Shown: positions 13,644 to 24,659 of the stretch, in pieces
Position numbering within the stretch: the first letter of the stretch is position 1
Layout: each line of letters opens with the position of its first letter
NCBI GenBank assembly: GCA_050084985.1
Contig: JBITNC010000001.1
Span: 79,732,001-79,796,000, forward strand
DNA: 64,000 bases
Reading direction: 5' to 3'
From: Nageia nagi
Lineage: Eukaryota; Plantae; Pinophyta
Translations under genes and position numbers: made by a program
Notes under the pieces: generated by a model
What the model saw: the letters and a program-made list of their open reading frames with translations, nothing else
What the model was told of the DNA's origin: nothing
Databases searched by the model: none

Positions 13644-16230
13644 ATGGCAACAAGAACTAAAATTATTGAAAAGGAGAACCTATAGGCACTCAAAATACTA
13701 GAAACCAACAAAGATAATGTTAGGCTAGAAGAGATTGGAACCTCCTAAGGGGAAGAAATTAGAAGGGATTTGACTGTATGGTAAATTCTATGCAATGGAG
13801 GCATATATGGGTTTGTGGATGCCTTAAATGGCCATAATCCTAATGGATCTAGGCAAGTTGTAGATTCATATAATGGTGGACAAGTGAGGGTGGATGGATA
13901 GTAATTCTCAATCAACCTAAAGTTGATAGAAGTAGCTACAGGCATGGAAAAATCTATATGCAGGCATATCAAGGAGATGTAGACCCTAGTTTCAAAAATC
14001 CAAACATTATATGGGCAAGGGGTTCCTCTCCCAAAGATTAGGAAATCTACCTATCCAATCTATTCCATTTAGTACCCTTGGTATGAGGTAGCGAAGGTAA
14101 TTGTGCAACCATTTACCATAAAAGGAAGATATACTAAATTATTTAGAATGCATTTCATCTTATTGAATCACTTTAGGGGATTTTATAGAAAAGATTTACC
14201 CTATTATCTGCATACATCTTTGGATTTATTTATTAGGAAGCATAAGGATGCCATGCCAATACATAAAGGCTTAATCAAAATTTTAGTGGATTTTGAGAGG
14301 ATGAGGGCAAGAAGGGTGAGGTATTTAGTGCAACAGGTGCCAGAGCATTCTTGGATTAAACTTGCACTTTAAAAATCCCCTAGGAATAGCTCACCAAATA
14401 GGCTCCCCCTAGGAAGCCTATTACCTCTCCAATTTTGGTTGGCTTTTTTGACCTAGAGGAATAAAATTATCTATAGGTGATAATGTATCTACTCATAAAT
14501 GATAGAGGAATTTTGTGGTAGACTCTAAGGATGAGGTCATGGAAGAAGAAGTAGAGAAAGAAGACATGGCAAAGTAATTGAAGGATTTCATGGAGACTAC
14601 AGGAAGTATGGTAGTGAAGCAAAATTCTCCTAAGGAAGCCTACAATCAATGGGTATATGAAATATTAGCACCCCCAAAGGACCATGGAGATATGCAAGAA
14701 TCTCCTTGTCATATGGAGAGAAGGTTGTAGAGGGTAAGTCCCCAACAGGTGATAGAATCGATAAGATAAGAAGGAAGAGGATGTCCTTAAGGAATCTATT
14801 GAGGAACAAAATCAAACAATAAATCACCTCAAGAAGAATCTTGTAGGTCCCAACAAGATACCAACTTTCATCCCAAAAATTAAATTTAGGAAGATCTATG
14901 GGAAACTCAGATATTTTGTAGAATGGGAAAGAATTGGGAGAAGAGGAGAAGAATGGAGGAATTCGGTAAGTGCAAGAAGAGTCCCACTTTGGAGGAAGTC
15001 TTATGAATTGCTAGGTTTTTGTATTTGTTTAATAACATTTTATTTTCTTGGAATTATGAAAACATATTATATGTGCACAATTTGCATACAATTCTTCACA
15101 AGTTAAAATAAAAAATAAATTAAAAATGATAAGTTTTATACAAATTATGCTTGTTGAATACGAGCATTTTTTGAAATGATAATCATGGCCAATAAAAAAT
15201 TAATAAAAAATAAAAAATTCATGAAAAAAATACAAAAAATATCCTCCATTATATTTAGTGTCTTAGGTATCTTTAACCAAAATAATTTAAAAAATATTTT
15301 ACTTTACATCCAATTATGCTTGATGGACATGATAGGCATGGTCTTGAAATTGTTTTTTTTTTTTTAACAATGGGTTTTGTATTTGTTTAATAACATTTTT
15401 ATTTTTTTGGAATTGTGAAAAAAATAATATATGTGCACAATCTATACAATTCTTCATAATATTAAAAAAAAAACAAATTAAAAATGATAAGTTTATGTCA
15501 AATTATGCTTGCCGAACACGAATAATTTTTGAAAAGATTATCATGGTCAATAACAAATTAATAAAAAATAAAATATTCATGAAAAAATTACAAAAAAATA
15601 TCCTCCACAATATTTAGTTTCTTATGTATCTTTACACAAAATTATTTTAAAATATATTTTAATTTAGGTCCAATTATGCTTGTCGGACACAATGGGGGTA
15701 TCATCCAAAAATTGTATTTTTTAAATGGTGGCTTTTAAACATGCCTACCAAATATTAATTTATATCATCTGGGTATTATAATAAGTTACATATTTCAAAA
15801 CTAGACTTTGAGAGCTACATTTTTACTCAAGTACCTTTTTCAAGAATTGGACTCTAAGTGCTTCAAATTTTGAGATCAAGTAGGAGAAAACCTAAAAATT
15901 ATGGAAAATAGTTCCACTTTTTAGCCAAAAGTGGTACTCATCTTCTTGCACTTACTCAATTTGTTGTTGGTTTGATAAAAAATGAAGGCCATACAAGACC
16001 CATGGTACAACAAGCAAAAGCTTAAGGGGATCATTGGAAAGTAACTCTGGTTTCAAACTAGAAAGAAATTCCAATGACTATCCCAATCTCTAATTCTGGT
16101 GGTCTAACAAGTATGGAGATGGAACTTCTATGGGATTGCTTAAATAGGAAGGATTCAAAGTTTGAAATGGATTGGAGTTTAGTATTTTAGCTATTACATG
16201 AGTGGTGCAAGCAAGAATTATCTAAGAAAG
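13644..16230 (+). pseudogene. Third, accessory ORF inside the LINE (putative plant transposon protein-like), split by an insertion
   Basis: GFVDALNGHNPNGSRQVVDSYNGGQVRVDG**FSINLKLIEVATGM (~13810-13947) and GRYTKLFRMHFILLNHFRGFYRKDLPYYLHTSL...IHKGLIKILV (ORF 14103-14372). It lies between the ORF2 end and the A-tail. Confidence 0.55.
15014..15730. repeat. ~358-bp tandem duplication within a ~1-kb AT-rich insertion in the LINE
   Basis: 15014-15371 and 15372-15730 align end to end (ttttgtatttgtttaataacatttt...ccaattatgcttg). Confidence 0.85.
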
Positions 16231-19139
16231 AGGACATCTTGCAGCCCATAATAGTTTGTGTAACTATGAGGGAACTTTTTTTATAGTGTTTTTGTTTCAT
16301 ATGTTTTTCTAAAGAATATTCAAATGCTTATCTATATACTAGTTTTGGGGCCCTATTTTTTGAAAAACCTGCTATAACTATTTTTACCCTTATAAAAAAA
16401 ATAAGGGTTGAAAACTTATTATACAAAGTAGGACATAATCAATGTTAGTAAAAACAATGGAGGTTGATAAAATACTAGAAATGAAACTCATGAGTTAGTT
16501 ACTAAGGAATGGTCATATCAGCTAATACTACTATAAAGTTTAACTTTTTATGATCTCTTTGTTGAGTTTAAATATTTTTTTATTAACCTTGAGATGAATA
16601 AATGGGATGGTGATATGTGATGCATTATGCACATTTATTTTGGGATGATATATGAAAGAAAATAATGTATGTAATTATGCAGTATGGGCACTGACGAATG
16701 GAGATACTAGGTTTAAGGATGACTTCCATTTTAATATATAGAACAAGTATAAACCATGGCATTTGATGTCATCTAATGATTTATTTAAGTCAAGTTTCAC
16801 ATAAGTGTGAAGAATGAATAATCCCATTCAACGATCTATTTAGGACTTATCCCACCTTTGTATGAAGGTCGAGTGGTGGCATTGTAATTACAAGATGATT
16901 TTTTCAATAGATATTTTAGAATTGACTTCCATATAATTAAGAATAATAGATAATTCCATTCAAAAATTTATCTAGAATTGATTCCATCTTAGTGTGAAGT
17001 ACAATTTTTGATTCTTACAATTTTAGATGTCGTTCAAAGACCTATGACTTAGGGGGAATGAACAAATATGTAAATATGATTTATTATGGATGGGATGTGT
17101 ATGGACTAACTTATGAAAAAGGGATGAATGAGTGGAATGTATTATGAGAGTATGGAGTATGGAAACTCATGAATTATTATTTATTTTTGTTATTTCATTT
17201 GGTTTTTTATCATATTTTTTGACATGTTAATTTTTTAAAGGGTGCTTTTATTTGCATAGGATGGATATACAAAGATATAAATAAATAAAATGGAGATACA
17301 GGATTCTATCATGAATTATCTTTATCTTACATCAAAATTCTATGCTAGATCACCATTTATCTTCAAGATATATTAGATAACCAAACAAATTGACCATATT
17401 AGTAGTTCTTCATGTTGTAAATTCTATAAGGAGTGAAGGACAAATGAATGTGAACTTAAGAAAGTTTATAAAATGGAATGGGATGGGCACAAAGATGACA
17501 TCCTTGATCATCACATTCAAGCACATTGAATTTTTTAAATTATACATGTGCATAGACCAAAATATGGTACAAACACTTTTAGATTTTACATTCACCAAAA
17601 TTATATTAATGAACAATGAAGCATAGGGAATCCAGGAGACATGATTTCAACCAATTCAAATCAATAATCACTTTCTTAAGTGATTGAATGGTGTTTTGTA
17701 TATATGGATACATCATAATAAAGTAAATGGTGAAGCAAAATTAAAATTAAAATTATGGGTGGGTGTGTGGGATGAACTTTGGACATTAACCTTAAAACTT
17801 TACACAAAAAGGACTTTAAACTTGTTTTTGAGATGATTTTTATAAATTTTATAAATTCTATGGTGTTTTTTTATTTTTGATGATTTTGTTTTTAACTATG
17901 GGACACATGTAATGGATGTGGTTAGACTAAAATAAAAACATAATAAAAATGTATTAAAAATGATGATAGAGAAACATGTGAAATGTATAGACAAAATGAG
18001 ATGGAAATGGATGTAAAAAGTAGGTAATAGAAAATAAAAGAACTATGATTTTTTTTTTGTATTATGTACAAAGTATGGAACAAACTAGGAAGGTGTAGAT
18101 AGATGAAGAGGAGTATGACTCCCCAATTATGAATATTATGATGCATAAGGAAGGTAAGGATGTGGAGGACTTGGATCTCCATTAATGATCAAATCTTGGA
18201 CTACATATTTTAAATATCAATATTTGTTGGTATTATGACCTTTTTTATGATGGAAATTGCAATACTCATGCTACTTATTCCACCATGATTGTTCAATATT
18301 GGGATGTAGCTTTTTATTATTAGGGAGAGTGATCATCTTATTATCATACAACCATAAAAAAATTTATGATAGTATATCTATGAATGGTTTAAACTATAGA
18401 AAAGGGTCACGTTGTCTCTAATTATTCTAATTATTTTCCTCCAATCAAATAAGGGCACCAAAAAGACTTGTTGCATGAGATCATATGTGTATGATAACTT
18501 CTCCAAACTAGAATGGTGAGTGGATGGTGAAGGACAATTATCACATTGATTCCTTTCAGGTTAGATGAATTGATGTGTAAGAAAAGTGCATGTGGATAGT
18601 AATGGTGATTGAGGTGATTATGGGTGTATTAAAATAGGTATAGGTGGATATGGTAATAGTGGCAGATGAGATGTTTGTAGTGAGAAGGGTAAATGGAATG
18701 TCATCCCTTTAAATAATAGAAATAGTACATATATTCCATCAATTTATACTAAATACTATTCATCTATTACTAAGGTAAGTATGGGCTATTCTTCATAAAA
18801 CTCGCATGAAATTATCTCATCACTTCAAACAAGATGTGGTGGTATATACTCATGTTGAATCATGTTAACATGAAGAATCTCCAAGTATCAATTCTCCTTA
18901 TTATGACTTTAATTTATCATATGGGTCCTTTATCTTTCTTGATATGGATGAGAATGAGATATATCAATTTCCTAACTATCCAGAACTATATAGGAAATGT
19001 GCTTAGATGACATGAAACCAATATCTCTTATCATTTGAAAAATTTGAACAAAAACCTAAAAAAAATGAGGGATTAAAGTTATAAATCATATTTTTATTAC
19101 ATAATTATTGATGGAAATTGTGTAATGTATATGCCCTTG

Positions 19140-20662
19140 GACAATTTCAACCAAAGTATATCATGAATAGGCTAACGTTATAACCTAATCTTTGAAGTAG
19201 GTTGGTTCCTTATCTATTGGGCATAGATGAAAGGAACAAGTAACAAGAAAGAAACAAAAGAGGGTAGAGTGCAAGAAATAAAGCAACAAGTATAGGGAGC
19301 AAGAGAAAAAGTAAGGAGCAAATCACTAGTTCAGTGCAGGCTTTCATAGAATGTGAAACCTTGGCAAGAATCTAGTGTAGCAGCCATAGTGTAAGCTTTC
19401 ATTCTCTAAATTATTCTTCAACTTAAATTTACCATATAAGAAAATATAGTTATACCAACAACTCATTGTTATCATTTAGGAAATATTTGTTACTTGCCAC
19501 AATACAACCAAATTAATAATAAACAATGATAAGTGTTGGACAAGAAAGGTCAAGATGGCATCGTATTACTCATAGAATAAAAGGTCTTTGAAAACAAATA
19601 CAATGGGAAATACTAGGGATCCCAACCTTTTTTAATGATCTTCAACTAAATTTATACTAGGCTAGAGCAGTTACAAAATGATTGAAACAAAAAAGCTACA
19701 AAATGGCCCAAATATTCTAGCCCTCTTTTAATAAATAGCTAACTAACTCAACCACATGGTATTTTATTTCTAAAAATTGAAAGATCTAGAACTGTAACTA
19801 CCTCTAAATTGCAACGAGCATGCTTCTTGGGTGTTATTTGGACCTATTTTACATTTTTAAAAGATTCTCTAATTGATTATGATGATTTCAAAGTCTTTCC
19901 ATCTTCTAGTGATTATTCTAGAACTTTCTCAAGTTTTAGCTCACATTCCAAAGTCCTTTGGTGAAGTTTTGCTTGGGTAGAGATTTCTTTTGTTACTTTT
20001 GACATCATCAATCTCCACACTCTGATCTTGAAGGATTTTATTTTTTTCTAACGTCACTTTCTTCTTGCACCTTTGCTTGGTAAAGCAAGTAACTTTGGAG
20101 GATTTTAGTTTTTCTTATGATTCATCCTCCTTTGGATTCGTTCTTTTAGCCAAAGTGGGTTTCACTTTACTTAGCAGATGTCATCTCCCTCTCATACCCC
20201 AAGACACATAACTCAACCATCTTGAAAACTTTTAGCATTACTCGCTGACATCACTACTCTTAGAGTCTAGTTTTAGATAAAAATAACACTCATCTATACT
20301 TTGTTGACATCACATATAGAGATTGCTATACTTAGTGCATTTTCTCATCAAAACTATTTAGGTTTATTTTGTTGACATCATCTCCTTTCATGCCCTAGAA
20401 CACATAACTCAGCTATCATAAAAACTTTTAGCATTACCTGCTGACATCACTACTTTTGAAGTTCAATTTTATATGAAAATAATATTCACCTATACTTCGC
20501 TAACATCACATCTAGATATTGCTATATTTAGAGCATTTTCTCATCAAAATTGTCTAAAATTTATGGAATAGTTAGGAGTTTGCTAAAACACACTTCTTTA
20601 GACAAATACAAACAATATGTGTTAGGAAGCCACTAGAGTGTTGGGCTATTTATGTATATACA
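19140..20662 (-). repeat. 3' LTR of the Tat element (contains a 197-bp internal duplication)
   Basis: Colinear with 36703-38231 from 'aatttcaaccaaagtatatcatgaatagg' to 'ttgggctat..atg.atataca'. Internal repeat units start at 20177 and 20374. The outer TG appears lost. Confidence 0.9.
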
Positions 20663-20759
20663 TTTTAATAATATCTGCGGAAAATTTACCTTTTATATAA
20701 GAAATTTTGAACCCAGCACAAAACTTTGAAAAAGGAAAAGAACTAAGCTTTAATTTTGT

Positions 20760-23700
20760 GAACTTAGGAACTGTTGAACTTTCACCAATTTACATGCATT
20801 CTAGAGAAGTCCTTTAACCTTGAATGAGCTAAGGATACAGTATTCAAAACTTCATAAGACACTTGCCCATGTTTTTGCAACAATTGCTATAAACTAAACC
20901 CAACCTTTTCCCAAGAATCAAAGAGTTTTAACAAATTTACCTCATCAAATGAAGATAGCAGCACTTCCATATCATCAATTTTTTTACTAATTTTTTGAAT
21001 ATTTTCTAAAAATTCTAATTCTAATATTGGTGAGTCATCAATCTTCCATAATTTTGGAACTCCCAATGTAGTTAATTTTTGAAACTTTGTCTTTAGAGTC
21101 TCTATTCCATACAATTGATTTAACACACTATTTCTAATCTCTTAACAAACCTACTTTCTCTACACTAGGTAATTGATTGTTGCCATAAGTTCAAGTCAGT
21201 ATCCAATATTTAGGGCCTATAAACTTTTATTTGAAATTTTATTAAATTTATTATTTTTTTCTTGGCTTCCATTAATATAGGATAAAGGATACTCTCTCCT
21301 GCCAACATCTACTTCAAGCCTTTTTAATTCCAACAAACACACTTCAACATGATCCCTAAGATGAATTAGGTCCTTGATTTCTTGGGACCTTTGTTCCCAA
21401 AATTTCTCCTCTATAGCTAATAAGAAACCCTTATCTACTTTGTACTTATTCATAATTTGTTGCAATTGAGCTATGTTAGCATTCAAACTATCAATGATTG
21501 AGTCTCTTGATGCAATTTTTGCTATTTTGTGGCTATTTCTATATCTTTTTTTTCAATAATGGCATCTTTTTTCTCATGCAATCAATAGTAGGAGCAATAG
21601 ATAAACTTCCCTTAAAATAGCTATATTATTATCGTAACTTTCAACTTGATATTTTGAGCAACTAGTCGCTTCTTCATTGTTTCATGAGCCTTTTGAAGCT
21701 TGTTATACTTGACCTCCAACTTGGTCAACTTTGATATATTTAGGTCCATGATAGTTTGTAGCAACTCATTCTTATCACTCTGGGGAATGCTTCTCATATC
21801 TATCTTCACCTAGGTGTTCATGGAGGTTAAGTCACTCTACCCATCCTAAGGGTCCTAGGCTATAGCCATTTCTAGCACTTTATTTTTTGTATTCATAGAA
21901 TTTTAGAGCGTTTACTGAATTATTTGATACTAGGATTTTCTTCAATTGCTTATACATCCATTCTCCTTGGTTACTCTTCATTTATTAGTACTGCTACATA
22001 ATTCCATCAATGGACACCTGCTACCTAGATATAGTAATGAATGGAGAATCAGCACTCAAATCCTAGGAAGAAGATGCCACAACTTATTTTGCTAGTGTTG
22101 CAAGACTAGCCTAACTGGAGCTTGGACCACTTCTAGTAATAGGATTCATTATGGAAAATACTAGGATTAGTAGTGGTGATGATGGTATGGTGATGATGTT
22201 AATGAGAGGAGCAATAGGGGAAATTGATGTGAAGGGGGTAGGATGGTAATAATATTACAATTGGTTGAGTGGTAGGTGTCAAAGAAGTTTTTACAACTAT
22301 AGAAAGAGGGGCTTGAGTGAAAATGGGTCAGACAACTTGAATGGAAACTGGTATTATAGGTTTTGATGAGGAGGTATCCGAAGAAGTAGGAGGAGAAATA
22401 GAAAGCATACCTATTAGAGTGGGGGTCTTCTTCTTCTTCTTAGGTGAGAGGGGAGCCTTTTAAGTTTTCTCTTCATCATATACACCTCTCACCCTTTTTA
22501 TACCCTTGTATGACTTCCAAGGTAGCTTTTCTAACCTCTTCTTTAGCTTGTTCCTCTTGGCTAATTCTTTGAGCTTTTGACTGATCTTGTTCTTCTTCTT
22601 CATCATCACTTTTGGGACACTCCTCAATAGGGACATCTAAAGGGTGTTCCATCTTCCACATATCCTCAAACCCATCATTAAGGTATAACTCAAGGGAGGT
22701 AAATTTATTCCCAGATTCAATTTGGTATTGGTTAAATTAGCAATTTTCTCCTCGCTCCACTTAATCCTTCTTAATGTAGCCAAATTTTTTTATAAATTGT
22801 ATCAATATTTCGATTAAAAATTACCTTTTTCTCATAGAAATTCAATCCATGGTGGCAACAAATCTTTAGCAATCACACATGGGCATTGGCTTATCCTTTT
22901 CTTTCAGATTTCTCCACTTGTTTATCTTTGGTTTGGCTTTCACTTTGAATCTAGGAGGATTGGGTTAATTTTTCAATCTTTTTCCAAACACATCTTCTAG
23001 ATCATATAGATGCTATTAATTAATCCTTTTTAACTTCAACCTAAACAACTTCTCCTTTATTCAATCACCTCCTCCTTTACTTTGGAGTACCAAGTTATGC
23101 ACCTTGTGAGGCAAAGCATAGACTAGTTCTTCTTTGCTACAACTCCATATTTTGCATCTACATAATCTATTTGCCTCCCATACTCTATAATGAAGACCTA
23201 GTTAATGACATGTATAAGTAACAATAAATGAGCTTTGAAAAAACCATAAATTATAATGAATTTCCCTTCTCCATAAAGAACCAATCTCCAATCTCACTTG
23301 AGGCATCTAAAGATACAATTTTGATGCATCTAACAGTCTTGGAATTTTAGGAGCAAATAAACTCATGGCCAGAACTAAAACATTTTCTACAAAGCTATAG
23401 TAATTGGTTGATGACCTTACTTCTTCATTCCATTTATCCATAGACCTTGGGGACCCATTTCCCTCATGTTTAACTAAGGTTAATCGTTTGAAGAATCTCA
23501 AATTTTGATGAATTACTAACCAAACAATATACGATGCATATGCAAAGTAAGATCCTTGATCAATTTCTTCCAATTATTTTGAAATCCTATCTAAATATTA
23601 ACATCCCAATCATAAATGGTGGGAGTATTCAGTTCGATATCTAATAGGCTATGGCAAGCTTTTCCAATGAGATATATTTATCTATCTTTTCCTCTATTGC

Positions 23701-24280
23701 TACTGACAACATAGAAAATAACAATTGTAGGTGTGAGGAGAAACTAGATAATAACACTCCAAAATTAGGGACCTCTAAGAAATTCATAGTACCCTCCACA
23801 TTCTTGTTGAGCCAAGACAAGATGTTCATCCTCATATTTGAGCTTGGTCTTATGTTCAAATTTATTAAGATGGGGGGAGAGAATGGGGTAGGTGGATTAA
23901 AAGTGCTTACTAAAGACATAGGGTCTAGACTAAGAACCACCTTCGCTGCAAGTCTCTTACAACCCTCATTGTAGGATCAAATGCCCCTTTGATTAGCTCT
24001 ATTAACTCTAGGATTGGAAAACATATATGGGAAATAAAATACATAACACTAACCCCATTGGTGAGTGAGAAATATGATTAAATCCAAAAATAAGATACAT
24101 ACTTCTGTAGTATCCTTTGAATTCTTGTTTTATGCTATTATCTCTATGTCCCATAGAAACTCCATTGAATCAATAATATTTTTTACAAAACCTTTTCTAG
24201 AGTTAGCACCATATTCTTTCTAGATTGCACTACTCTTTGAATTATACCCTATTTTGTTTTAACAATTCTGAATGATGCTC
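20760..24280 (-). pseudogene. Long extra ORF downstream of pol in the Tat element (PMD-like N-terminus, acidic/S-P-T linker, coiled-coil C-terminus)
   Basis: Chain of same-strand ORF fragments: 23641-23940, 23307-23573, 22476-22661, 21621-21809, 21217-21486, 20887-21126. The last three are heptad-rich. Confidence 0.65.
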
Positions 24281-24659
24281 TATGTTTCCTAGCTCTATTG
24301 AAAACTAGAAACTCAGATAATTGCTACTCTTTTAAAATCTCTAGAGTTTGTATGTTTCAAAATGCATCACCTTTGCTTCTTTTATTCTTAAATTCCTATG
24401 CATTGCATTTTTATTTTCAATCATGCAACATAACTACTACACCATTTGTATTAATAACTAAATTTTATGCTTCCAAGCTTTTCTTGGGAACTCCAATTCC
24501 AATGAAGCTAAAAATGTATCAAGCCATTAATATTTCCATTAAATAAAAACCATACTCTTGCTTAAAAATTAAATGCAAAAATATCATATTTACAATATTT
24601 ACAAAGGTAGTGTATTTTCTACAAAGGTAGTGTATTTTCTTCTAAAATCATTCTCCTGC

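Larger units (their letters stand above)
8550..16401 (+). mobile_element. Decayed near full-length L1-clade LINE (ORF1, ORF2, extra ORF3, A-tail), interrupted at ~15010-15990
   Basis: ORF1, APE, RT and zf-RVT motifs occur in order (see sub-features). The 3' end ...ggggccctattttttgaaaaacctgctataactatttttacccttataaaaaaaa ends at 16401. The 5' boundary is approximate and no TSD was found. Confidence 0.8.

Noticed and set aside
16700-17000. Faint ~65-bp periodic similarity (tttag..ttga.ttcca...)
   Set aside because: Too degenerate to define units by eye.
20663-20700. Expected polypurine tract next to the Tat 3' LTR
   Set aside because: No purine run on the minus strand adjacent to the LTR; not annotated.
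20760-24280. Calling the Tat extra ORF 'env'
   Set aside because: Position alone is insufficient; no signal peptide, fusion peptide or clear transmembrane anchor was seen.
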